Assembly (NCBI GenBank): GCA_964016885.1
Contig: OZ024766.1
Coordinates: 10,354,001 to 10,418,000, forward strand
Length of the DNA: 64,000 bases
Source: Eledone cirrhosa
Taxonomy: Eukaryota
Direction: 5' to 3'
A program made the translations under genes and the position numbers. The stretch's first letter is position 1. The number at the start of each line of letters is the position of its first letter. The notes beneath the pieces were generated by a model, which ran no database searches, was not told where the DNA came from, and saw nothing but the letters and a program-made list of their open reading frames with translations. Below, piece by piece: positions 15,252 through 28,572 of this stretch.

Positions 15252-15517
15252 TATGTATATATGTATGTATATATATATATATATATATAGTATATGTATA
15301 TACGTATGTATATATACTATATATATATATATATATATATATAGTATATGTATGTATATATATATATATAGTATATGTATATATGCATGTATATATATAT
15401 ATATATAATGTATGTATGTATATATATATATATATATATAGTATATGTATGTATGTATATATATATATATATATATATAGTATATGTATATATGTATATA
15501 TATATATATATATATAG

Positions 15518-15622
<105 letters not shown>

Positions 15623-15637
15623 GTATATATATATATG

Positions 15638-15718
<81 letters not shown>

Positions 15719-15727
15719 ATCTATATG

Positions 15728-15829
<102 letters not shown>

Positions 15830-15862
15830 ATATATATCTATATATATATATATATGTATATA

Positions 15863-15899
<37 letters not shown>

Positions 15900-15930
15900 A
15901 TATATATGTATATATATATATATATATATA

Positions 15931-16026
<96 letters not shown>

Positions 16027-16105
16027 TCTATATATCTATATATATATGTATATATATATATATGTATATATATATATCTATATATCTATATATATATGTA
16101 TATAA

Positions 16106-16157
<52 letters not shown>

Positions 16158-16250
16158 ATATATATATATATATCTATATATCTATATATACATGTATATA
16201 TGTATATATATATATATATATTATATCTTATATATCTATATGTATATATG

Positions 16251-16281
<31 letters not shown>

Positions 16282-16371
16282 CTCTCTATATATATATATA
16301 TGTATATATATCTCTCTATATATATATATATGTATATATATATATCTTTTATATATGTATGTATTTATATG

Positions 16372-16408
<37 letters not shown>

Positions 16409-16793
16409 GTATGTAAATATATGTATATATATATATAGTATATGTATATATATATCTGTATATATATATATATATAGTATATGTATATATATATATATCT
16501 GTATATATATGTATATATATATATATATATATATAGTTAGAAAAGCAAAAAATTGCTTATCCTGATCCAGGTTTTTGGTTAAGAAAGCCAGTTTCATGGA
16601 TGTTTTCAACGTACGGTTAGGGGGAACTCAACAAGTTTGTAAGAATTCCGATGTATATATATAGATATATACGTTATATGTATATATATATATCTATATG
16701 TATATATATATATGTATATATATATATATAGTATATATATGTATATGTGTATATATATATATGTATATGTGTATATATATATATGTATATGTG

Positions 16794-16832
<39 letters not shown>

Positions 16833-16850
16833 CTGTATATATATGTATAT

Positions 16851-18708
16851 ACGTATCGGTTAACGTATCGTTTAACCAGGTAATACTAGAGGGGGCCATA
16901 CCAAAAGATTGGTGCAGTAGCATCATTGTCAACTGCTACAAAGGTAAAGGCGATGCACTAGATAGAGGAAACTATAGAGGTATAAAGTTGATGGACCAGG
17001 TCATGAAAGTAACAGAAAGAGTTATAGCACAGCTGATTAGGGACCGGGGTGAATATAGACGAGATGCAATTTGGGTTTGTTCCAGGGAAAGGCACCACTG
17101 ATGCGCTCTTCCTTGTGAGGCAATTACAGGAAAAGTACCTAGCTAAAAGTAAGCCACTCTACTTGGCATTTGTCGACCTTGAGAAAGCCTTTGACAGAGT
17201 TCCACGTGCAGTAATCTGGTGGGCTCTTAGAAAACTAGGAGTAGATGAATGGCTTGTGAAAGCGGTACAAGCCATGTATAGGGGAGCAGTCAGCAAAGTT
17301 AGGATTGGCAATGAGTATAGCGAGGAATTTAGCGTACAGGTTGGGGTCCACCAGGGCTCTGTTCTTAGCCCTCTCCTGTTCATCATAGTCCTGCAGGCAA
17401 TAACGGAGGAGTTTAAGACCGGATGCCCATGGAACTCCTGTATGCTGATGACCTCGCACTCATAGCTGAATCTATGGTAGAACTAGAGAATAAATTCCAA
17501 ACCTGGAAGCAGGGACTAGAGAGAAAGGGCCTCAAAGTCAACATGACAAAGACTAAGGTCCTTATAAGTAGACGAGAAAACAGAACCCAGATCCCCTCAG
17601 GGAAATGGCCTTGCTCAGTATGTAGGAAAGGTGTAGGTAGAACTCCATTCTTTGCCCCAAATGCAAACAATGGGTACACAAGAGATGTAGCGGGATCTCA
17701 GGAAGCTTAATTAAGAATGTAGGATTCACATGCAGCAGCTGTGCTGAAACAGCAAGCAAACAGCCACAGGAAACAAGTACCACCAATCTCTGGGGAGGGC
17801 CCTGTAGAAACAGTAGACAGCTTCTGCTACCTAGGTGACCGAATTAGCAACGGAGGTGGGTGCTCAGAAAGTACAATAACTAGGGTAAGAACGGGATGGA
17901 AGAAGTTTAGGGAACTACTACCACTGCTAGCTGCAAAAGGCTTCTCCCTCAGAATGAAAGGCAGACTGTATGATGCGTGTATCCGAACAGCGATGTTGCA
18001 TGGTAGTGAGACCTGGGCGCTGAAGGTGGAAGACCTTACGTAGATTAGAGAGAAACAGAAGCCTGCATGCTCCGATGGATGTGTAACAGTAATATACGTG
18101 AACGACCAAAGCATAAATGAATTGAGAGAGAGACTGAGCATAAGAGGAATCAAATGCTGCGTGCAGGAGAGGCGGTTACGCTGGTATGGACATGTGATGC
18201 GTATGAAGGATGACAGCTGCATAAAAAGGTGCAGAGCACTAGAAGTTGATGGAAACCGCTGAGTGGGGAGACCCAAGATGACTTGGGATGAGGTGATAAA
18301 AGCCGACCTTACCCAACTACACCTCTCAAAGTCAATGACACACGACCGTGACTTCTGGCGTCACGCAGTAATACAGGGTACCCGACCTCCCATGGGTACA
18401 TGCTGAAGCATATAAACAATATGCCCCCCCCCCCACCGCAAGGTGGTCGTGGAGGTGCCACGGCAAAAAAGCACCCAGCCCACACTGTAAAGTGGACGTG
18501 TAGGCGCCACGAAAAAGCACCCAGCACTCACTGTAAATGAGGTTGGTGTTAGGAAGGGCATCCAGCTGTAGAAATCAAGCCAGATCAGTTCCTGTATGAG
18601 CAAGGCATGGTCAGCCGACCAGACACTGCCCACAACAGGACAACCCCGTCTAACCCATGCTAGCGTGAAGAACGGACGTAAAACGGTGATGATGATGATG
18701 ATGATGAT
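16851..18708 (+). mobile_element. 5'-truncated RTE copy (RT to 3' tail), frameshifted
   Basis: Near-identical to the reverse complement of 4733-6570 with single-base indels; (GAT)n tail. Confidence 0.95.
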
Positions 18709-18835
18709 GTATATATATATATATGTATATATATGTATATGTATATATATATGTATATATATACATTATGAAGAGAGAAGAAACATTTAGATATAATTAG
18801 TAATAAAATGTATCATACCTAAACTGCTCCTAGAT

Positions 18836-18925
18836 TCCTCGACTACGTAGTTTCGTGGCATAAACAAAAACAATACATCATAAAGATATAGAGTCCCTGC
18901 GAGGTCTGCCGACTTATCAAGAGGA
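18836..18925 (-). ncRNA. Type I hammerhead, U3-A8 variant (inverted copy)
   Basis: Minus strand: tcctc|TTGATAA|gt(c)ggca...tgccac|GAAA|CTACGTAG|TC|gagga. Confidence 0.72.
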
Positions 18926-19125
18926 TATTTATATCGAAGCCTTCACCACCTCTTCTATGGCTTCGATATAAAATACCCCCTCCGCCTCCGTGGTATTTTC
19001 TTCGGGGTTATAAGAGGCTTAGCTCTGTTTCTCGACCGTTATATCGCGTGACTATCTCCCCCTCCGCCTTTTGGGATTCTTTCTCACGTCGTGTAGACGC
19101 GTTCTTGAGACTAGTAAAATGAGTA

Positions 19126-19216
19126 TCCTCTTGATAAGTCGGCAGACCTCGCAAAGGCTCTATGTCTTTATGATATATTGTTTTTGTTTATGCCACCGAA
19201 ACTACGTAGTCGAGGA
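19126..19216 (+). ncRNA. Type I hammerhead, U3-A8 variant, long stem II loop
   Basis: tcctc|TTGATAA|gtcggca...tgccacc|GAAA|CTACGTAG|TC|gagga; predicted GUC cleavage after 19211. Confidence 0.7.
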
Positions 19217-19483
19217 ATCTAGGAGCAGTTTAGGTATGATACATTTTATTACTAATTATATCTAAATGTTTCTTCTCTCTTCATAATGTATTTTTAACTC
19301 TGATACTGGTTCAGTCTGGTTCAACCGGATTGGTCTGTCCCAGTCATTCATTGAGCAACATCGGTGAGGTTGACACCCTTAACTCACGGTTGGGTGCGGA
19401 TGCATTCATGTATATGTTTGTGTCGCATGTATCTGTGTGTTTCTAAATATATTGTTAATATGTATATATATATGTATATGTAT

Positions 19484-19523
<40 letters not shown>

Positions 19524-19840
19524 CATAAAAACATGTCTATAGAATCACAAGATAAAATATATACTATTTCCTCTCCCAATTAGCATAATTAACTATATAA
19601 AAAAAAAAAAATGTATATATATATATGTATATATATATAGTATACGTATATATATATATATATGTATATATATATGTATATATATATAGTATATGTATAT
19701 ATATAGTATATGTATAATTATATATAGTATATGTATATATATTATATATATATATTTTGTATGTATATATATGTCATGTATATATATGTGTGTATATATG
19801 TATGTATATATATTTAATATATATATGTATGTATATGTAT

Positions 19841-19923
19841 GTCGAGTCACCAGTTGGTGCTACTGGTAACATGTATCCCAGTACAACCTGTCCTCATGGT
19901 CGGGTCGTTGGCGACTAAACTGG
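19841..19923 (+). ncRNA. HDV-like ribozyme (minimal, no P4; P1 5' strand eroded)
   Basis: P2 CCAGT(19878)/ACTGG(19919); P3 ACC/GGT with L3 TGTCCTCAT; P1' CGGGTCGTT; P1.1 GG; J4/2 CTAA. Confidence 0.65.
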
Positions 19924-20450
19924 CAACCCCACCAAGGTTTCTTGGTGAGGAGGGTGACTTTGGACATCCTGCAGGACTGAAAACAAAACTTGTCAAAGGG
20001 GCAAAGGAGCTCTTAAGAGTCAAAGGCCATCCAAAAATCACCGGGAGAGATGACCCTTTAGCCTTTGTCAAGGCAGAATTCTAGGAGAAGGAAAACTCTG
20101 ATATAACACCTGCAACCCTGATGGTATCCAATGATGTCGACTTGTTCTTCTTTTTGGTAAATATCATCTTGGTTAAGAGAGTGGGACTGGCTTTGTGCAG
20201 TGCCTTTGCTCACTATAAAAGCTTCACGGCACAGGCATTGCTTTATATCTGGAGATCTCTCTGCACTTGTCGTCACATGTACCATGGGCCCAGCACTATG
20301 TGTCAGTAATTGTCACAGGTGTAGTGTTTGTACCAGAGTTTTCAAGTCGCTGGCTGGACTAAAAAGTCACACTCGTTCAGCGCATCGGTAGGGGTTTTCC
20401 TACATGGATATGGAGTAGTGGCCGTACTCGAAAACGAGTTGGCAGCCACC
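19841..20450 (+). mobile_element. Internally deleted non-autonomous RTE-type element (5' UTR + 3' end)
   Basis: 5' ribozyme-like fold; 3' part encodes C2H2 finger [22 protein letters not shown], as at some RTE C-termini; no RT; TA flanks. Confidence 0.65.
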
Positions 20451-20458
20451 ATATATAT

Positions 20459-20527
<69 letters not shown>

Positions 20528-20836
20528 ATATATATATATATATATAGTATATGTATATATATATGGATATATATATATGTGTTATATATATATAGTATAT
20601 ATATATAGTATGTATATATGTATATATATATGTATATATATGTATATATAATAGTATGTATGTATATATATATGTATATATATAGTATATATATATATAT
20701 ATATAGTATATATATATAGTATGTATGTATATATATATGTATATATATAGTATATATATATATATATATATAGTATATATATATATATATATATAGTATA
20801 TATATAGTATATATATATAGTATGTATATATGTATG

Positions 20837-20881
<45 letters not shown>

Positions 20882-20907
20882 TATATGTATGTATATATAT
20901 ATGTATG

Positions 20908-21020
<113 letters not shown>

Positions 21021-21220
21021 TTAGTTATACTATTTATGGTTATGTAAACACAAAACCTTAAGCAGTTGTAAGTATTTTACACACACCCTAAATAGTGGTA
21101 GGCAGTAATGTATTACTACCTTATTACCAGTAAGTTAAGTAGCTCAATGTAAAAACATCAGATGATTTACAGAGCAGTTATATGAAATATAAGAATCAAA
21201 GAACTGTTCAAACATTATTG

Positions 21221-21267
21221 TGCTTACAGCTGTTTCCTCCAAACCGAGGTTTGGATTCTTCGGAGCA
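21221..21267 (-). ncRNA. Type I hammerhead with U4C core change
   Basis: Minus strand: tgct|CCGAAGA|a-tccaaac-ctcg-gtttgga-g|GAAA|CAGCTG|TA|agca. Confidence 0.75.
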
Positions 21268-21309
21268 ATTTATTAATATATTCGGAGCAATTTATTAATA
21301 TATTTCATA

Positions 21310-21340
<31 letters not shown>

Positions 21341-21422
21341 ATATATATAGTAAATGAAGTAATTCCATCGGAAAAGTCCAGGAAAAAAGAGTGCTCTGTG
21401 TATGCAACAGAGCTTAATTATT

Positions 21423-21586
21423 ATTATTATGTAATAAACAACATAAGGCAATTATTCCATTTACCAGTGGTTTCTTAAAAGCAAAAGGTTTTGCTTTCAT
21501 TCTGAGGATTGAAAGCAAAACCTTTTGCTTTTAAGAAACCACTGGTAAATGGAATAATTGCCTTATGTTGTTTATTACATAATAAT
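21423..21586. repeat. Perfect inverted repeat, 77-bp arms, 10-nt loop
   Basis: 21423-21499 is the reverse complement of 21510-21586. Confidence 0.93.
21496..21553 (+). ncRNA. Type I hammerhead ribozyme, intact core
   Basis: ttcatt|CTGAGGA|ttgaaagcaaaa-cc-ttttgcttttaa|GAAA|CCACTGG|TA|aatgga. Confidence 0.85.
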
Positions 21587-21707
21587 ATATATATATATAG
21601 TATATATATATAGTATATATGTATGTATATATATATATATATATATATAGTATATATATATAGTATATATGTATGTATATATATATGTATATATATATGT
21701 ATATATA

Positions 21708-22500
21708 CTAGCATTAAAGCCCGGCGTTGCTCGGGGTCATTAAGTTACCAAAGTTAGGTTGCACCACCCATTTTATGGCAGCACTTTTTTGTCTGCCAGG
21801 CACTGGGTGAATGAATTGCAGACCTGGAAGCAGGAGCTGCGCCCAGCAGTGACAATTGTTAGTTTCGCCTATGGGTATTATCTCTGTGCAAAAAAGTGTT
21901 GAAATTTATTGTTTCACAGTACTTGCGCAACACGCGCGTAGACGATGCCAGCCGAACAACAGAGCTGCGATGGAGTTGTTCTGCATGGTTGTCTGTGTGT
22001 TTTCTAAATTTAAGACAGTAGTGGAGGGTTTGTGATATGGGGGAGAGTTAGCTGCTGTTTTCTAGCAGGTTAGTGACCTCATAGAGGATATGTGTTCTCT
22101 AAATTTAAGACAGTAGGGAGGGGTGTGATATGGGGGAGAGTTAGCTGCTGTTTCTAGCAGGATTAGTGACCTCATAGAGGATATGTGTTCTCTAAATTTA
22201 AGACAGTAGGGAGGGGTGTGATATGGGGGAGAGTTAGCTGCTGTTTCTAGCAGGATTAGTGACCTCATAGAGGATATGTGTTCTCTAAATTTAAGACAGT
22301 AGGGAGGGGTGTGATATGGGGGAGAGTTAGCTGCTGTTTCTAGCAGGATTAGTGACCTCATAGAGGATATGTGTTTTCTAAATTTAAGACAGTAGGGAGG
22401 GGTGTGATATGGGGGAGAGTTAGCTGCTGTTTCTAGCAGGTTTAGTAACCTCTTAGGGGATATGTGTTTTCTAGATTTAAGACAGTAGGGAATGGTGTAA
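21708..22500 (-). mobile_element. Helitron 3' portion with ~5 copies of the 93-bp unit
   Basis: Reverse-complement homolog of ~10900-11664, including hairpin and CTAG end. Confidence 0.8.
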
Positions 22501-22769
22501 ACGGACAGTATCACTATCAAATACACATACCTACAAATATACGAACATTCGTGTATTTGTAGGTATGTGTGTGCGCTTGTTATATACGTATTTATTTACT
22601 TATATACGTTTATATAATTATTTATTTATTTGTACACAAGCATACACACACACACACATATTTATATGTGTGTGGTTTTGTTTACGTATGCTTGTGTATG
22701 TACGTATCTGTTTGCGTGTATGTATTTATTTATTTCTATTACTTCCGTATTGTATTTATTTACTTTGTT

Positions 22770-23232
22770 CTTAACTCTGTAGCGGAGATTCATTTGGTCT
22801 CCATGTTAGAATTTTATTCTACGACTTCAGCTATACCATTTACGTGGTTCTGTCTTTGCGTGCCATTGTTCTCCACGGTCCACATATGACTTATTATCTT
22901 CGTTTTTTTCGTTCATTGCCAGAGAACGTCTCTATGAACCGCCTAAGAGAACATTAGTCTACGACCTCTTTTATACCACAAACGTGGTTCTGTCTTTGCT
23001 CGTAATTGTTTTTCACAGCTCCTATTAATGACGTATTATTCGTTTTTTCCCGTTCTTTGCCAGCGAACGTTCCCACGAACCTAAGTATCGTCTTCCTGTC
23101 TTCCTCCGGTTGCAACGTTTTTCGAAATATTTACTACTGCGTTTACAGATTGACTTTGTAAGTTTCGGAAGATCCCGTTAAGGGTGAAAGCAGCGATTCT
23201 TTGCTTAAACTTTAATCTGTTATTTTAATAAA
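22770..23232 (+). mobile_element. pLTR-like repeat with internal duplication and degenerate hammerhead
   Basis: cgtggttctgtctttgc block occurs twice; CGGAAGA-tccc-gttaa-gggt-GAAA at ~23166-23189; related copies at 23671-23720 and 45170-45265 (-). Confidence 0.45.
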
Positions 23233-23273
23233 TATATATAGTATATATATATTAATATATATATATATATATA

Positions 23274-23335
<62 letters not shown>

Positions 23336-23587
23336 TATATATATATATAGTATATATATATATATAGTATATATATATATATATATAGTATATATATATA
23401 TATATATAGTATATATATATATATATATACTATATATATATATATATAGTATATGTATATATATATATACTATATATATTATATATATATATATAGTATA
23501 TGTATATATATATATAGTATATGTATATATATATATATATAGTATGTATATATATATATATATAGTATATATATATATATATATATA

Positions 23588-23645
<58 letters not shown>

Positions 23646-23781
23646 GTATATATATATATAGTATATATATAGGGTGAAAGCAGCGATTCTTTGCTTAAAC
23701 TTTAATCTGTTATTTTAATACATATATATATATATAGTATATATATATATAGTATATATATATATATAGTATATATATATA

Positions 23782-23819
<38 letters not shown>

Positions 23820-23957
23820 TATATATATATATATATAGTATACATATATATATACATATATATAGTATATATATACTATATATATACTATATATATATAT
23901 ATTTATCATTCAAAATCAGTAATTGCATCAATATGTACATAACATTGGTGTTAATAA

Positions 23958-24145
23958 TTATTTCTACTTTTGGCACAAGGCCAGCAATTACCCAGTGTAT
24001 TACTGGTACTTTATTTTATTGACGCCGTAAGGATGAAAGGCAAAGTTAACCTCGGCAGGATTTGAACTCAGATTATAAAGGGCCGTAACTCTTTGCTGCA
24101 AAGCATGGCGTCCGACCCTCTACCGATACTGCCAATCCCCCGCCA
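23958..24145 (-). mobile_element. tRNA-derived SINE with Meta-type core (family A)
   Basis: A box TGGCAGTATCGG, B box GAGTTCAAAT, core GGTT(A/G)ACTTTGCCTTTCATCCTT...AAAATAAAGTACCAG. Confidence 0.85.
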
Positions 24146-24913
24146 TTTGGTGTTAATAATCTAGTGTAAGTATACCCTAGACTTTAAACTAGGAAACGGA
24201 AAATATTTTTATCTCATTATCTCAACTCGTATCTGTCTTTTGAGAACTTATAGCCCAAATGGAAAATATTTTTATCAATGTTTGTATATTTCTATCTCTT
24301 CCAGCTTCTATTTTACTTCTCTTTCCTTCTTAACTGTATATTTCTTGCCTATTTAAAAAAAAAAAATGGACGAGACACGCCCCCCCCCCCCCCAATACTA
24401 AGTTCCCAATACTAAGTCTGCCCTGCCGTCTTGTGATAGTGACTTAAAAGTTGAGAGGAGGGACACAATAATTACAAGCAAAATTATGGACCAACAAAAC
24501 GTAATTACAAACACAACATGCAACAACGAATTTAGCAACACCACCACCGCCGCCGCCACCACCACCACCACCGCCAACAACAATAACAACAACAATGAAA
24601 CGAGTGAGGTAAACTGTAACAACAACAACTCCAACAACAACTCCAAGAGCAATAACGTAATTAAAAAACAATAACTGCACCAAGAACAACAACAACAACG
24701 ACGACACACCAACAACTCTAGACTGATGTTAAACTGTTGATGGAAAGGTTCTATACAAAGCGTATGAACTGCATACCAATTTTGGTGCTTAACAGTTCAA
24801 GTTGATTCAATTATTCATCCAAAGAGGTTTATTGCTGCTGTTTTCCCCCATGTTTTGGGATTGTTCTACGCATTTGTGGATTATACTCTTTTTCTTCACC
24901 TCCAACCGTCAAC

Positions 24914-27900
24914 ATGTGTACATTTTCTAAGCGCATAAAGGCCTGCAACTATAAGAACTTGCTGGGCTGTGCAAACTTCTCGCAATGTTATGCCATCAAC
25001 CTGTAACTATAATTGCGAACGCTTGAAACTGAACCTTACCCAAATTGAACTGATAGCAGTATTAGTTGTTGATGTTATCGCCACTTTAGCAGGGTGGTAG
25101 AATCAGTGGTCGTTAGTTGCCAGTGTGGTAAGTGATAGTATCCTCGTTGGATTATCTTGTTGACATAGACGTGAGGGAAGGTCCCTCGATCTATTTACCA
25201 TCTATTTACAATATTCCTTTCGTCAGGTCGCCAATTCCAGCAGCATGGATTAAAGATGTTATTGAGACACGAGTAACATAACAACGACTTCAACCGCAGT
25301 AATTAGAGATGAAATGTTTGTTTATTTATATGGTTGAAGTTACAGATAAAAAGAGGTTACAAAAGGGAATGTGTCATTGCGCCGTTAAACCGGCGAGGCT
25401 AGGGGTGCAATATCTCACCGCTACATTATGCGTGTTGCTGGCTCGAAGTTTCTGGTACAAGAGCGAGATTCTTCAAATCTTCGCGGTGAATTTCTTCCTC
25501 AGGGCGCGTAGGGATACATCCTCTTCTACTGGCGCTGATTGGCTGAACTGAGCCAAATCACGCACAGAGAATGTATGTGAGCCCGCGGAATGTAGGTCAC
25601 TACAACCTTACCCAAATTGAACTGAAAAACGCTAACTTGCAAACTCAACTTGATGCCCTCATGTCAAAGATGTTGATAATGGAAGAAACGATATTATCAC
25701 TTCAACCTCCTAATGATGCGACTTCCAGACCGTCTAAATCTGCATCTTCCCAGACGAAGACGATCAAAGCAAAACCGAAGCGCCAAAAGAAGCAAAGCAA
25801 GAAGATGGCAGATGCTGCACAAGACAACACAAAGCAAAACATATTGGTCTTGTCTACTCATCAAATTCCTGCAGGTGCATCTACCACGAATGAATGATGC
25901 AGCTTTAATCTCTGATGAAGACACTGTAAATCCTTCTGCCGGGGTTTGGCGGTCGTCCAAAAGATGACACCGCCACTCCGACACGGTTGATGATGGAAAC
26001 AAACCTTGTCTCCCTCTCAGCCCAGCAGACAATTTTGTTACGGCAAATACAAGTCCGCTTGAAGATGAAGCGGATAGGGTCAACTCAGTAAACAGTCGCC
26101 ATTATGTTACAGGTAAATGTGGTACCCCAAGACAGCTGCCAGCGCTGAAGAACAACAGTGTAACAAATCTGTTTATGTCTACGGAGTTTCCGAAAGCTGT
26201 GCAAATACTGAAAAGGAGAGGTACCACCAAGACTTTGAGTTTATCTCAAATATTATCAAAGTCACTATTGGCGATTCAGATGACAAGATGCAAGTCCGAG
26301 CCGTGAGAATTGGCCAAAGATCTGAAGAACGAAATCCCAACTCAAAACCCCGATCCATCAAAGTCAAATTCTCTGCTTCTCAGAAAGCAGAGGACTTCTT
26401 TGCTAAAGCCAGAAAGTGTTACCGAGGTAGTAAATTGGATTTTCAGAAGGAGTTCTCCTTAAAAGAAAGAATCCGCTGGCGAACATTGAAGACAGAACTC
26501 AGGTCACGCATAGCTGCTGGAGAGACTGGTCCGCAGATGAGAAACGGAAAGATGGTACACTCTTACCTTTGGGCGGCCCTAAAAACGATATCCAAAGACT
26601 CCAAACTTCCCTGGCAGAACAAACAGCCATCTCAGATGAGAAGGTGTGCAAGAAGCCCTCCAACTTTCTCCCGAAGATCCCCAAAAAGCGATTAAAGCCC
26701 AAATCGCCGTCCCTTGATCACTCGTTCAAAGTTATTTTAACCAATGCTTGCTCTCTTCTGTCCAAACTTGATGATCTCCATTCCGTTATTGCAGACGAGA
26801 AGGCAAACCTGATAGTCATAACCGAAACCTGGTTAAATTCAGAAGTCAAAGATGCAGAGATTCACATTCCTGACATTACTACATTCCGATGTGATAGATG
26901 TCAAAGAAAAGATGGGGGAGTTATCGTTTATGAAAGATCATCGCTCAAACCATCCCGTCAGCCTCTACCACCGAACACCGTATTTTCGGAGAACTTTGAT
27001 GCTGTTCTTTGAAATCTTAATGTGGGTGGAGAAACTATTCCCATTATTTCCATCTATCGCAGTCCTAGTTCTACAACAGATGAAGATCAGAGTCTCATTA
27101 ATGCAATGAAAGCTGTCTCAAGATGTCCAAATGACTGTCTTATACTCGGGGATTTTAATGCCCCGACTATAGACTGCAACTCAAATGTATGCACGTCCAA
27201 CAATAACTTCGACCAACTATTGTTCGATACGACGGAAGAATGTTTCATCTGCCAGCATGTTACAAAACCGACAAGGGCTCGAAGTGGTCAACGACCGTCG
27301 TTACTAGACCTTATCTTCTCCTGTTATCCTAGATCCGTATCGTCTCTGCAAGTTCTGTCTCCACTTGGGAAAAGCGATCATGCGGTACTGAGCTTTAGCA
27401 TGCATGCTTCGCTTGCACTGCCTCCCGTTTTGAATCAACCGAGAAGAATATTTGTTGCTATGAATCATGATCTTATCAAAATGGCCTCCGACGAGATAAA
27501 CTGGTGCAGCCTAACTGAAAATCAGTCTGTTGAAACTTTGTGGTGAGAAATAAAGAAAATTCTACTTGGACTAACAGAAATGGCCGTGCCGCTGAGAACG
27601 CCAAAACACAAGAAACACAAACCCTGGATAACGAAGACAATTATCCGTGAACGGAAGTTAAGAAACACTGCTTGGGGACACTATCAAGTGACCATGTTTG
27701 TGGCGGCATTTGAAGTCTACAGAAAGCAGCGAAATCATGTCGAGCATATTTCCAGAATTGGAAAGCAACATTTTGAAAGGGAACTTGCAAATGATGCCGG
27801 TCGTAATCCAAAGCGCTTTTATGCTCACGTGCAGAGAAATCAAAAACTGAACAACCAAATTGTCACTCTCCGAAACCCGGAAGGTGCAGTTATTGAACAC

Positions 27901-28572
27901 GCTGACGAACAAGCTTCTCTTTTTACCGATGTTTTTGCAAATATCTTCAAGGAGGACGATGGCAGAGAACCTCTAATTCTAAACATGATCGCCCAACCCA
28001 TGCAGCCAACCACCGTCAGACCGGACAAGGTGGAACAGTTGCTTTTGTCCTTAGATGTGAATAAGGGGCATGGTCCAGACGGTCTACATCCAGTGATTAT
28101 GGGTGCAGTTGAACCCAGCCTTGCTAAACTAGCCTCACTATTCAACCATTTAACCTATCAACCTATCATTGGTTAACGGAGTTGTTCATTTACATATTAG
28201 AAGAATATTAGAAAGAATCTTAATATATAGAAGGAATCTTAATTACACTCTTGAAGCTTCATTTACATATCTAATATGAAAATTTGCATACTAGAAGAAT
28301 TTTTTTTAGAAATACATTAGAGAATATTAATTACATTTTTGAAGTTTCATTTACATATTAGAAGAAAAACCTTAGAGGTTAATTACATTTTTGGAAGACA
28401 GTTGAATTAGAACGTGAGAAATTCTTTTTTAACTTAGATTCTTTTGAACCAGCGATTTTGGGTGCAGTTGCACCCAACCTTGCTAAACTAGCCTCACCAT
28501 TCAACCTATCAACCTATCATTGGCTACCAGAGTTGTTCATGCCGACTGGAAAGTAGCTACAATTTGCCCTAT
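24914..28572 (+). pseudogene. Decayed CR1-group LINE: ORF1 + APE + linker, truncated at the start of RT
   Basis: ORF1-like coiled coil/RRM (VYVYGVSE, RIG..PRSIKVKF); APE motifs TNACSL, ITETWL, GGV..Y, IYRSP, GDFN, SDH; DWKVATICP at ~28545; many stops and frameshifts. Confidence 0.85.
25054..25603 (-). mobile_element. Unclassified ~550-bp non-coding insertion with 22-bp flanking duplication
   Basis: AACCTTACCCAAATTGAACTGA at 25032-25053 and 25604-25625; second copy at 59695-60560. Confidence 0.8.

Larger units (their letters stand above)
18762..19290. mobile_element. Inverted duplication (~165-bp arms) of a pLTR-like sequence with hammerheads
   Basis: 18762-18927 is the reverse complement of 19124-19290; extra hairpin tatttatatcgaagcc...ggcttcgatataaata in the spacer. 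Confidence 0.8.

Noticed and set aside
16851-18708. Programmed frameshifting in the RTE copy
   Set aside because: Scattered single-base indels relative to the intact copy indicate decay or consensus errors in a truncated element
24398-24715. Hydrophobic or Asn/Thr-rich ORFs
   Set aside because: (CAA)n/(CAC)n trinucleotide low-complexity sequence
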